A DNA stretch of 50,827 nucleotides from Hyphochytrium catenoides. Lineage: Eukaryota; Protista; Hyphochytriomycota. Each line of letters starts with the position of its first letter. Positions within the stretch are counted from its first letter, which is position 1. This document shows positions 1-11,126 of this stretch, piece after piece. The stretch spans positions 1-50,827 of the forward strand of contig FLMG01000167.1 of the NCBI GenBank assembly GCA_900088475.1. The letters run 5' to 3'. The translations under genes and the position numbers were made by a program. A model generated the notes under the pieces. That model did no database searches, had not been told where the DNA came from, and saw nothing but the letters and a program-made list of their open reading frames with translations.

Positions 1-432
1 TGTGAAGCGCTACACGCGACAGAACATCACGGAGATCCATGGCCCGATCACTGTCGTGGCCAGCAAAAGTCAGAGGATGACCTTCTATGAGTGTCCCAAC
101 GATCTCAGTGCTATGGTGGTAAGAAACAGAGACAGAGAGATGGAGAGAGAGACAAAGGGAAAGAGACGGGGAGAGAGACTGAATGAAAGAAAGAACTTGG
201 TTTGAAACTTAACATCTTTATTGTCTTTTTGCTCATTTCTTCTACTCTTTCTAGCCACTTGTCACTTCTTGGCTATCTTCCCTTACGCGTTCCTGGCGAT
301 CATGTACAAGGAGGACTCTTTTCCTCGCCTTCCCTCTCATGCTCACCACAGCCTTGCTCGCTCTCCTCTCTCTCTCTCCCTTTCGCTCGCTCTCTTTCTT
401 TCTCTCTCTTTCTCTTTCTCTCGCTTTCTTTC

Positions 433-471
<39 letters not shown>

Positions 472-639
472 NNNNNNNNCGCGAGTTTCGGCTTTGAGAT
501 GGAAACCTTTGAGTTCCTGAACATTTTGCAGGTAAATTGCCTACATTTCGCACTTTGAAGTGTACGGAACTTGAAACCTGGGCTGAGTGTTCACATCTCC
601 TTCATAGCTTCTCTCTACATGGCTGTTTTGGTTTCTCGT

Positions 640-676
<37 letters not shown>

Positions 677-852
677 CTCCCTCCCTGCCCCCTCCTTCCT
701 GTTTCCTTCCTGTCGCCTTTCGTCTCTCCACCATGTTCTCCGACGGCGGTTCCTGTTCGAAACTCAACCTCTTGGGAGTCCCATCTTAGCTCGTCCTATT
801 TCCTCTACTCTTTGTCCCGTCCCTTCTCTCCTTCTCTGTCTTCACACTACTG

Positions 853-886
<34 letters not shown>

Positions 887-3800
887 AGGTGCATGGTTTC
901 CCTAAGGTTATGGGGATTCTGACTCATCTGGACAAGCTTCGGAACAACAAAGCGCTAAGAAAGACCAAGAAAAGTCTCAAGCACCGCTTTTGGACGGAGA
1001 TATACCAGGGAGCGAAGCTCTTCTACTTTTCTGGGCTGCATAATAACAAGGTACGTCTGTCAATGAGGAAGGGGAGAAGGTGCCAGGAAAGAGAAACCAG
1101 GAAAGAGAGAAGAGAGGAAACCTAAGAAAGACGAGACAGAGAGAACGAGGAGGGAGAGAAGAGAGAGAATAACCGGAGTAACATAGATCTTGACGAAAAT
1201 CCGGAGAAACCTGAGGTCTCTACAAGGTTACGCTTCATGCAAATGAGGCCTGCTCTTCTTGCTTTTCCTCCTCTCACTGCCAGTTCTCTGATTGGGTTTG
1301 ACCTTGAACAACGATCACTCGCACTCCTCCCACTGGAGCGCTGACCTCTGACTCTTCGTCTCTCTCTCGTTCTCTTCTCTCTCTCTGGCTCTCTTGGGGT
1401 TTTTCTCGCGGTCTTTCTCTCTCCGCTCTCTTTGTCTCTCTCTCTCTCTTCGCCTCACTCTCTTTTACTTGTGGCTCCTCCCAGTACCCAAAAGGCGAGG
1501 TGAACAACCTCTGTCTCTTCATGTCCAGGACAAAGTTCCGCCCCTTGACGTGGCGAAACAGTCATCCTTACGTGCTAGCGGACCGGTTGGAGGACCTCAC
1601 CCACCCTGACAAGCTCCAGGCTGACCCCAAGTGTGACCGAAGGGTTACCCTCTACGGATATGTTAGAGGAACGCACCTGAAGCCAGGAATGAAGGTGAAG
1701 ATCACTTTCTCTCCCTCTCTCCTATCTCTCTTGCTCACTTCCCATCGTGGCGCTTCTTATGGACACTTCTCTCCCAGCGTTTTGCCGCAATGCACTTGGA
1801 GTCTTGGATTCCTCCCTTATTCTTAGGAAGATAAAAAGCTTGTCCTCTCTTGTCAGTTGTCGCGTTGCCGTCAAGGAAGAGTTTTAAGAGTCCTCTCTGA
1901 ACCCCAAGTGATTCTGATATCTCTCGTCCTTTCAAACCTGTCTTGGTTTTACCTGTGATGCAGGTTCACATCGCAGGCACTGGGGATTTCTTCATGGAAA
2001 GTGTCACCGCTCTTGCAGATCCTTGTCCACTGCCTGCCAAGTCTGAGGAGAAGAGAAAGAAGCATCTCACTGAGAAGGATACTCTCCTCTATGCACCGAT
2101 GTCCAGGTAGAACTTCCCTTCTCTACCACTCGCTCTTCGTCCTTTTCCGTTCTTCTTCTCTGTCTCCCTCCAATCATCTCTCGTTCTCTGTCTCTCTATA
2201 TATTAAGAAAGAATCTGAGAGTCCTGGTGAACTTCTCCACCTCTTGTAGTGTTGGCACGGTCATGTATGACAAGGATGCAGTGTACATTGACCTCAAGAC
2301 CGTCAATTACTCAAAGACTGCAGAAGATGGAGAGGGAGAAGAAGAAGGAGAAAGAGTGGAGAGGGGTCAGGCTTCCACCGAAGGCGTTGCCATGATTAGG
2401 GACCTCCAGGTCAGTCATTGGGACCTTTCTTTCTCTCTCTTAGTCTCTTTGCTTTCTCTCCTCCTCTGTACCTGTCGTTCTCTCCAAACCCTCCGAGGAC
2501 AGCGACGTCTGGGGGATTTGGACTCTTTCTTTTCTTGAGACCTCTCTCTCTCTCAAAATCTCTCGCAGCTTTCCTCACCTCTCTCTCTCTGTCTCGCTCT
2601 GGCTGTATCTGTCTTCCTCTCTCTCACTTCCAACATTTAACATTCTGTTGTTCCCTTTTTGTCGACAGGAGGTAGCAGTAGGCATCGACGATAGACTGGA
2701 GGACCGCTCTCTCTCTCTCTTCAAATCCTCTCAACCGCTCAGCAACGCTGACGTAAAGGTTGAATCGGACGCCACTTCCGAAGAAGAAGAAGAAGATGAG
2801 GAAGACGAGCATGACGACGACGAGGAACAAGAGAAAGACGAGGCCAAAGGAGCTCGCTATCAAGAGGAAGTAGTAGAGGATCACACTGGAAGAATACGAA
2901 GACGGGCCATTTTCTCTAACGATAACGATGAGGAAAGCGGCGAAGAAGATGAAGACGATGGCGAGGTTGAGGAAGAGAGCGACACGGAAGAGGAAGAAGA
3001 GGAGGGAGACGAAGAGGATAGCGAAGAAGAAGAAAGAGAGGGAGCAGTCAACGAGATAGGTACTGGCGCCACACGATGGAAAGAGCAAATTTTAGACCGT
3101 GCGGCGCAGTCTTTCCTCCAGCGAGAGAAAGAGACAGTTAGTTTCATGGAACTTATCTATGGCAAGCCAGAGAAGCTGCAAGAGAAGGAGGAAGAGAGCG
3201 AGAAAGATGAAGACGATGATGACTTCTTCAAGATTAAAGGAAAGAAGGAGAAGGTAAGGGCTAGATATTCGCTTCTTCCTACTTCGTTTGGCTCGTCTTT
3301 TTTATCTCTACCTCTGTTTGAGGGAGCTACGACATGACAAACCTCTCTTTCTCTCTCTCTGTTTTCTCCCTGCCTCTCTCTCTCTCTCTTTACCCCCATT
3401 ATCATAATAATCCCCATTGACCTGCTACTTACCCCTTTCTCTCATGGTGTCGGGCTGCCTTATGTCTGCCCCTAGGACTCAAATACGCACCAGGAGATGG
3501 ATTGCTCGCGCTACCACTTCGCGGTGGAGGAGCTGGATGACTGGGAGGAGGACGAGGAAATCTATGAACGACTAAAGAATCGCTTTGTGACGGGAAACTG
3601 GCAGAAGGAGAAGGGAGAGGGAGGTGAAGAAGGAGAGGAGGAGGAAGTCGATGGTGACTTTGAGGACTTGGAAACCGGTGAAGTGCACAAGGCGAAGCAG
3701 GTAGGGTTGGCAGACATGTTCTTCTCTCTCTCTCTCTCTTTCTGTGTGTCTCTGTCTCTGTGTATAAATATATGCTATTCACTCTACAGTTATCTGTTAT

Positions 3801-6800
3801 GCCGACCTCACTGTATCTAGCTATATCCTGCTTTCCTCCTTCACAGTTGATATCACTTATCTTTCTTCGTAAGGTCCTGGCCTTCTTTCTCTCTCTACAA
3901 CTCCTTAGATGCCCCTTACTAAGTCTCCTCTCCTTTATCGCAGAGGCCCCAGGAGACGGATGAAGAGATGCGCCTCAGGCTGGCGGTAGAAAAGGCAGAA
4001 AAGAAGGCAAAGTTCGATGAAGAATATGATGACGAGAAAGAGGGAGCGAAGGAGGAAGAGGAGGGCGAGCACGTTAGTGAGCTGATGAAAGAAGCCAAGC
4101 GGCTGAGAGAGTCCCAGGTAAATGCGGGCAAACTCTCGAAACGCAACTGTGGCTTTGTAGCTGTCTCCTAGTCTCTTTCTCTCTCCTCTATCTCAGAACG
4201 GAGTAGTCTTCTCTTTCTATCACTCTTGCTCTAGCCCTCCCTCGTTCTCCTATAACGTGTCGATTACCTCGAGAAAATGCCTTGCCTTTTGCTACTTTTC
4301 CTTCACTCCGATAGTAGATCTCCTCACGGTTCCTCTTACCTACTTTTTTGCACTTCGGCTTGGCTCTAGAGAGAAAGAAATGCTAAAGAGTTCGGAGATG
4401 AGGGGGAAGACCGAAGACTTCAGTTAGAAGGCTTCCGTCAAGGTAAGAAGGGCCTTGTAGCATAACTTCTACCTTCGAAGGGAAGGAGCGCTCACATTTT
4501 TCGTGGTTGGTTAGGCCTGTATGTTCGCATAGAGATATCCGGCGTCCCGTCAGAGTTTGTTACGTACTTTAATCCTCAGGTGCCCATCCTGATCGGAGGC
4601 CTTCTCCCATCCGAGCACAGCCTGGGGCTCATAAGAATGAGGATCAAGAAGCACAGGTACCTTTGCCTTCTGGGAACACTAGAAGGAACGGGAAGGACGG
4701 AAGAGAGAGAGATGAAAGATGACTCTTCGGGCCGACCAAGGCGTAGAGAGATAGTAGAAGAGAACGACAGAAGAGAGATTGAACGCTAAATAGTCGGACA
4801 TAGGCAAGGAAAGAGGAGTCTTGAGACAGTCTGAAAGTCCAGTTCGAGGTATTCTACCCCTCTATCCCTGTCGTCGTCAAATCGGCGCATTTATCCCGCT
4901 CTGTGTAGGTGGCATCGCAAGGTTCTGAAGACGAACGATCCTCTCATCTTCTCCCTTGGATGGCGGCGCTTCCAGTCTCTTCCGCTGTTTTCCACCGAGG
5001 ACCAGAATGATCGGCATCGCTATCTCAAGTACACGCCAGAGCACATGCACTGCTTTGCAACAATATATGGGCCTATCACACCGCCAAACACTGGTGAGAA
5101 TATTTCTCACTCTGTAGTCTTGAGACTAGTCTCGGTTCTATGTCTCCTCCTTAGTCTCTCTCTCTCTCTCTCTCTCTATGTCTTGTTCCCTCTCCCCGCC
5201 TTTCTCTGTGCCCCAGCCCTGGTTGCCGCCCAACTGCTCAATCTCTCCTCGCCTCTAGGTGTTCTTGCCTTCCAGCGGTTGTCCGGTACCAGCGGCTTTC
5301 GAATTAGTGCCACTGGCGTCCTTCTGGAACTGGATCACTCGTTCACCGTCGTGAAGAAGTTGAAGTTGGTGGGAACGCCATATAAGGTGAGAACAGGAAT
5401 TTGAAGGGAGATTAAGAATTGAGAGAGGGGAGAGAGAGAGAGAGAGAGAGAGAGAGGTGCAGCAAGGGTCAAGCCAAAGGAAAGGTTACAAGCGTATCGT
5501 CGTGACTACTGTCAGACCGAAGATACGCCGGGTATTCTTTGGCTTTCCCTTTCCCTTCACCGTTTACCGTGCAAGCGGACGGTTGACGTTAGGAACCCCT
5601 ATGCCACTTATGTGCCTTTCTTTCCTCTTTGTCTCTCTCGCTCTACCTCTTGTTGTCGTCTCTCGCTCCTCACACATTCACGCTGCGCCGCGCAATGTAT
5701 GTAGGTGTTCAAGAACACCGCCTTTATCCGAGGAATGTTCAACTCTGAACTCGAGGTGGCGAAGTTTGAAGGTGCCTCCCTGCGCACCGTGAGTGGGCTG
5801 AGAGGCCAAGTGAAAAAGGCTGTGAAGGGACACCAAGGAGACTTTAGGGCGACCTTCGAAGACAAGATCCTTCTCTCCGATATCGTTTTCTGCCGTACCT
5901 GGGTGCCAGTCACAGTGAAGAACTATTACAATCCAGTCCTGAGCAGCCTTGTCCAGCGGCCCGAAGAGGTAAGGCCAGCGGAAACATGATTCTTGGGTTA
6001 GACAAGCAGACAACAAAGCAAGCAAATGGAAGAGAGTTAGGCCTGTCTTGATGAGTAAGGCTTTCTGCTGCTCAACTAAGTTTCTTCTTTTCTTCTCTTT
6101 CTCTACTCGTATCTCTCCTCATTTCACCTTTCGAAGTGGCGGGGAATGAAAACCGTTGGCCAACTGCGAACAGAGAAACAGATACCAATCCCTGTGAAGA
6201 AGGACTCAGTGTACAAGCCTATTGAGAGAGAGGCGAGACGGTTTAACCCACTCGCCATCCCTAAGAAGCTGCAGGTGAGCGTCTTCTTGCTTTTCTTATG
6301 CTGCAGGTTAGGAAGAGTCTCTTGCGTGAGAAAAAGACGAATGAAGAGGCATGCAGGGAACAGAGACAGGAATCTTCAACACGTGCTTTCCATCTGGGTT
6401 AAGAACGAAGCGCACTCCTGTCCATCAGGACCGTGTCGCTTCACCTCCAGGACGTTTTTCTAACATTGCTCCCACATCGGTTTTCCTTCCTTCTCCTCAG
6501 GCTGACCTTCCATTCGCGAGCAAGCCAAAGCTGGATAAGAAGAAGTCGAAGTCCTCGTACCTTACCAAGAGAGCCGTGGTCCTGGACCCAGAGGAGAAGA
6601 AGAAGTATGCCTTCATGCAACAGCTGACAACTCTGAGAAATGACAAGCAGGACAAGAGAAAGAGGAAGCAGAGAGAAAAAGCGGAGGACCATGCAAGGAA
6701 GAAAGCCAAGTTAGCCGAGAAGTTTGCTCCTCTACAGAAAGAGGAAAAGAAGAGAAAGTACCGAGAGCAGGGCAAGGAGGAGAAACGTAGGACGGCCAAG

Positions 6801-6818
6801 GCTGCGGCTAGGGATTAA
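1..6818 (+). CDS. BMS1: Ribosome biogenesis GTPase BMS1, 5'-partial, ~16 exons
   Basis: GT-AG-joined exons give recognisable BMS1 motifs: GPITVV...[11 protein letters not shown] (<1-118), [17 protein letters not shown]|[15 protein letters not shown]...[17 protein letters not shown] (480-531, 889-1050), [18 protein letters not shown] (1485-1694), acidic tract (2669-3253), IKKHR|[22 protein letters not shown]...[22 protein letters not shown]|[38 protein letters not shown]. Stop TAA at 6816-6818. The G1 motif lies upstream of the window, and a short conserved segment falls in the gap at 472-479. Confidence 0.96.
355..471. repeat. (CT)n microsatellite/polypyrimidine tract in a BMS1 intron
   Basis: Directly visible CT dinucleotide run abutting the N-gap. 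Similar runs occur at 642-674, 855-884 and 5156-5176. Confidence 0.95.
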
Positions 6819-7166
6819 ACTCTAAGTGTTGCACTAAGAAAGAATGTTAAGATCTTCCATAGATTAGAGAGTCCAATGAGGGTCGTGAATGATGGAGCGC
6901 AGCCCTCGCGATCTAAGCGTCATGAGGCTGCTTTCAATCGTTGTCGCTTTCCCAACATCTTTTATTGTCGCCTTATTTGTTTACGTCCATGGAAAGCTAC
7001 AGCATTAGACTCCCAGAAGTGTCTTGCGCTCTTAGGACGCGTTTGCAACGGCCTAAACCTGAAGTGATATGCAAGCCATGGCACACCATTTCCTGTGTAA
7101 GGCCTGGCCCAATTTCACGCGACATAGCGCACTGACAGTGCGCTGCTGTGTAACTTTGTCATCAAT

Positions 7167-10100
7167 TCACCATCGACCATCCTCAGCTAGCTCTCCCTCG
7201 TTCTATAACCTCCACAACTCTAGTACAAAGCTCCTGAACTTGACCTTGGTCGTTATTCTTTTCGTAGTTCAAGCCCCGAGAGCAGGAAGCACCAGGCCGA
7301 AGACTAAAGTCAGGTGCATATCTGCAGTAGACACATAGACATGATTACATACATAGCTTAACATGTGCACCCAAGTGCAGCTAGAAGAGAAAAAAGTCAA
7401 ACACCAGGCTAGAAGAGAAAGACGCCAAACACCAGGCTGCGCTTTAGATGTAACGTTTAGCTCTTGGGAGCCCAATGACATACTAGGTATGGCACGAGGG
7501 CCGAGTACACAAGAAAAGAGCTTTGAGTAGGCTCTGAGATTGGGTGGCAACTTCACCTCACTTAAGTAAGTGCTCGGAGAGGTTGCCGTAGCCACTACTA
7601 CCAAAAGAGGGCAAAAGGAAGAAGTTTGACATACTCTAATATGCTTCCGTGATCTGGGATGCTGTCGATCAGGCACTGCGGAGCTCCCCTTTGCGCAGCC
7701 AAAGCGGTCAGAACCGTCCAACATCGTACCACATCGGCCCTATGATAGCCGCCCCCTCCTAGGACTAACAAGGGCTTTGCCTGGGCCTTTATCAGCACCA
7801 TGCATTTACTGTACGAGGCCGACGTTAGGTTAAATGTTCCAATTGGATCCCTGTACATTTCACCAGGCGGCAAACAGACAGCTGAGTGAGAATTGGTCCG
7901 CAGTAGCATCCAATCGGGACTGATAAATGGGAGCAGAAATGCAAAGGTAGGGATTCGAGGAAAGGTACCATCTCCGCCTCTATGAAAGACGTCCAAATGA
8001 GTTACAACGGAGAAAATATGTCAATGCCCGATTCGAAGAGACAACGCAAAGTGTACCTGCTTAGTGCATCCGCCCCGCACTGCAGCACGATTGCATCAGG
8101 TGGAAAGATTGAAAGAACCTTCTCCACTGTGGTCTTGAAGACAGTGAAGAAATCATCATCGTTTATGCCGTCTGGTAGAGGCACGTTGAGATTTCTGTAC
8201 TTTCCCTTGCCTTTTCCTATCCTATCCATGGAGCCTATTATAAGGTTGGGTGAGGGAGATAAGCCTTGAGGGGCCTCATTGACAGTATCGTAAAGAAGAT
8301 GGCACTTGTTCAAGGCAAAGGAAGTGCGAGAATAAGGTGAGCGTTATCAAAGCAAAAGGAGAGAGAGGCTCACCAAGCAACACTATAGATAACAAGTGAA
8401 AGGTGACTAAACGCAGAGCGGGGTTCTATAGTTTTCGTACCGGTTCCGGGGAAGAACATTTCATTGTACTTATGAAATGAGACCGTATACACGGATGAAG
8501 AATAGTAGAAGGCCTCTTCAACCCCGTCGCCGTGGTGTACATCTAGATCTATGTAGAGAACCCGTCGCATCCCACCGTGCTGTAAGGCCAATATTCCTAC
8601 AGGATAGGCCATGTTCGGGGTCTGGGGTTAGGCCATAATAAGGGAATCAAATGGGTTCTATGATATGTCTGGGTTAACATGGCTCGGTTGAAGCAGGACA
8701 GACGAGAAGCTTTATCTTAGATTACTTACCCAGGACAATATCATTAACGTAGCAGTAGCCTGAAGCAAGGGCCTTTTTTGCGTGGTGTCTGCCTCCTACG
8801 TGGCCGACAAAGAAAAAGAGAAGCGGAGAAACGGGTCATGCAACCATAGTTCCAGAACGTTGTCTCTTCCATAGTCCCACAAGCTACTCTCCCTATTTCT
8901 TTCTCTTGACCAGTAATTCTCTTTGCTCAGCTTCCCATGTGGGAGGTCTACTTGCTATCTGCAAGAGAGACCATGCTCTTCCGCTCAGCGTAAATTATAT
9001 TTCCTAACGTAGCTTACATACCAGCCCAGCAAATAGCTGTGTCAGTCCTACGGCTGAGGAGCTCCTTCACGGCAGACAGCACTCCGCCGACGATGTACTG
9101 ACAGTATTCCCATAACCCACGGAACACACTGCAGTCATCTATCAGGCCATAGTCTTCGAGAGAAGAGGGCGATGACCCGTCTTGCTTCTCTGATGCCTTT
9201 CTCAGAATGTCAATATACTCCTCGTCGTGATAGGAGATAAGATCCTGGTACGTGGCAGGAACTGGCGCAGCAACTCTAAAGGACGTGAAAGGAGCAAACC
9301 CATGGCTAAGAGACCACAGATGCACTGAAAAGAGACTCGAAGACTAGAAAGAGTGATGAACAAGGGGCACATGAAGTAAGTAAGGTAGAACCGAAGGGTA
9401 AGGTTCAAAATCCAAGAAGATAGAGCACCTGTCCACAAACTGGAAGGTTCTAACCGTGCCTAGATTGGCAGGCACTCAACCGATGATACCCGAAGGTAAA
9501 GGCCGTTTTGGAGAGGTTCCAGAAACATAAAGACTAATGGAGGAAGAAGGGTAAGCGCTCACCTCAGGTATGTCTGCAGGCCATAAGCGCAAATAAGATT
9601 CCAGAGCAGGATGTCCTACAAGGAACGCGATAGCCGGTTGTCAAAGAGCGTAACTCCTTGCTCGTTTCTGGCACTCATGCTGAAGGAGCTAAGGTATCTC
9701 GCTTTTCCCCCTACGCCCTACCGCGATCTCGTTCTTCCATTTCTGATCCTGCCTTCAACTCGTTTTCCCTCTTTCCATTCTCACTTTCGGTCTCGTTATC
9801 TCTCTTTGGTGTCTGCAGTCTGTTTTCTAGTGCTAACCATTAGCGATAGGCCTTCTCCTCGCGTCACCCTCAGCCCACCCCTTTCGACCACCTCTGCCTC
9901 GCCAGCTTTGATAAGTTGTTGATAGAGGTCCCCAATGTTCTCTGTGTGCACCTCTTGAAATCTATCTATCCTACATCTCTAGCGCTGTCCGCATTAAGCA
10001 GTTCATGTGGGCACCCAACCTACCCTTCCTCTGTGTACAGGCAGCAAGTTACACGCTTTGAGATAGTCGGTCGAACATATAAGAACTGCCTCTTTCTGCA

Positions 10101-10562
10101 TCAACAGCACCGGTAAAGATTAAACGGTCACTGGATAGAACAGCACCATACCTCTGACGGAATCTTGACCCTATGAGGCATTGGTGGCGGAGGGGGCATC
10201 GCCGCTCGATCAAGCTCTAGACGAGATGAATGAATTCTTGTTTCTTTCTTTAGACCCAGCTCAGCTATCCCAGCGGGAGACGGGGTTACAATGAACGAAG
10301 CATCGTTCGTCGCAAGGCCATTACTCTGTTGCTCAGTGGCTGGTGGGACTGGTGGCTCATTGATGGGATTTTTGTGGGCCATACAAATCTGAGGACTCGG
10401 TAATTCGTCTTCTGATGATGACTCCGTTTGCGAAGAGGAAGGACCGACCACCACTCCGTCATCTGGATGACCTGGTCCAAACTGTGCAGGCACTTGCATA
10501 CAAGACACTTCATCCTTTCGACCACATAGATCGTGGTTTAGCGTTCCTAAAACAGGCTGCAT
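7167..10562 (-). CDS. HDAC8: Class I histone deacetylase, HDAC8/Hos1-like, 9 exons
   Basis: Minus-strand exons 10562-10152, 10095-10024 ([24 protein letters not shown]), 9615-9563 ([17 protein letters not shown]), 9275-9022, 8795-8730 ([23 protein letters not shown]), 8596-8441 ([19 protein letters not shown]...FFPGTG), 8234-8057 (VLQCGADAL), 7850-7635 (DPIG...LVLGGGGY), 7321-7167 (YAPDFSL...TGA). All junctions are GT-AG and in frame. The HH, DxH, D and Y catalytic/zinc residues are present. It lacks the HPMKPHR motif of HDAC1/2/3. The start codon at 10562 is less certain. Confidence 0.88.
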
Positions 10563-10958
10563 GATGCCAGGTCCTCGGAATCATTACGCCTGAATCATAA
10601 CACGCAGATCCATGAACGCAGTGTATCCATCCGTCGCCAGCCACAACCTTTCCTCGAGGGGCAGACTTTTTGCGTGTAAGAACTAGATAAACCTACGAAT
10701 CCTCCATGAACTCCTAAAATCCACAAGTCCTCGGATGACCCAATGATATGCAAGGATGATCGCGTTTCTCGAAAGACAAAAGCTTCAAAAGTCTGAAGCA
10801 ATTTTTAATTTTGAGATGGAATTCAGAACCATTATCAAGTTCTTTCATCAGACATCAGACTACCAGAAAGATTTTGAGTTCTGAAGCTTGAGACAGCTCT
10901 TGGAAATTGGAAGGACATCAGACCAGACATAATTCTCTATTTGTAACGATTGTTTTGC

Positions 10959-11126
10959 TGTACTTGTACTTGTACAGAAAGGTACCTGTAGAGGCAAGTA
11001 CAAGTACTCTATCTACTTGGTGATGGGAGGTTTTTCCTGTGTATGAACAGGTTTGGATGTAAGCCTACAAATACAGGTACAAGTACAAGTACATGTACAA
11101 GTACAAGTGCAAGTACATGTACAAGT
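10959..11126. repeat. GTACAA/TTGTAC hexamer repeats in inverted arrangement
   Basis: GTACTTGTACTTG (10960-10972) is the exact reverse complement of CAAGTACAAGTAC (10995-11007). A further ~8 imperfect GTACAA units lie at 11077-11126. Confidence 0.85.

Noticed and set aside
202-905. ORFs rich in LS/SL or RE/ER repeats (here and at 20923-22604, 48643-49596)
   Set aside because: These are translations of (CT)n/(GA)n intronic microsatellites or N-gaps, not proteins.
2624-3147. Hydrophobic or Ser-rich antisense ORFs
   Set aside because: They are shadow frames of the acidic Glu/Asp exon of BMS1.
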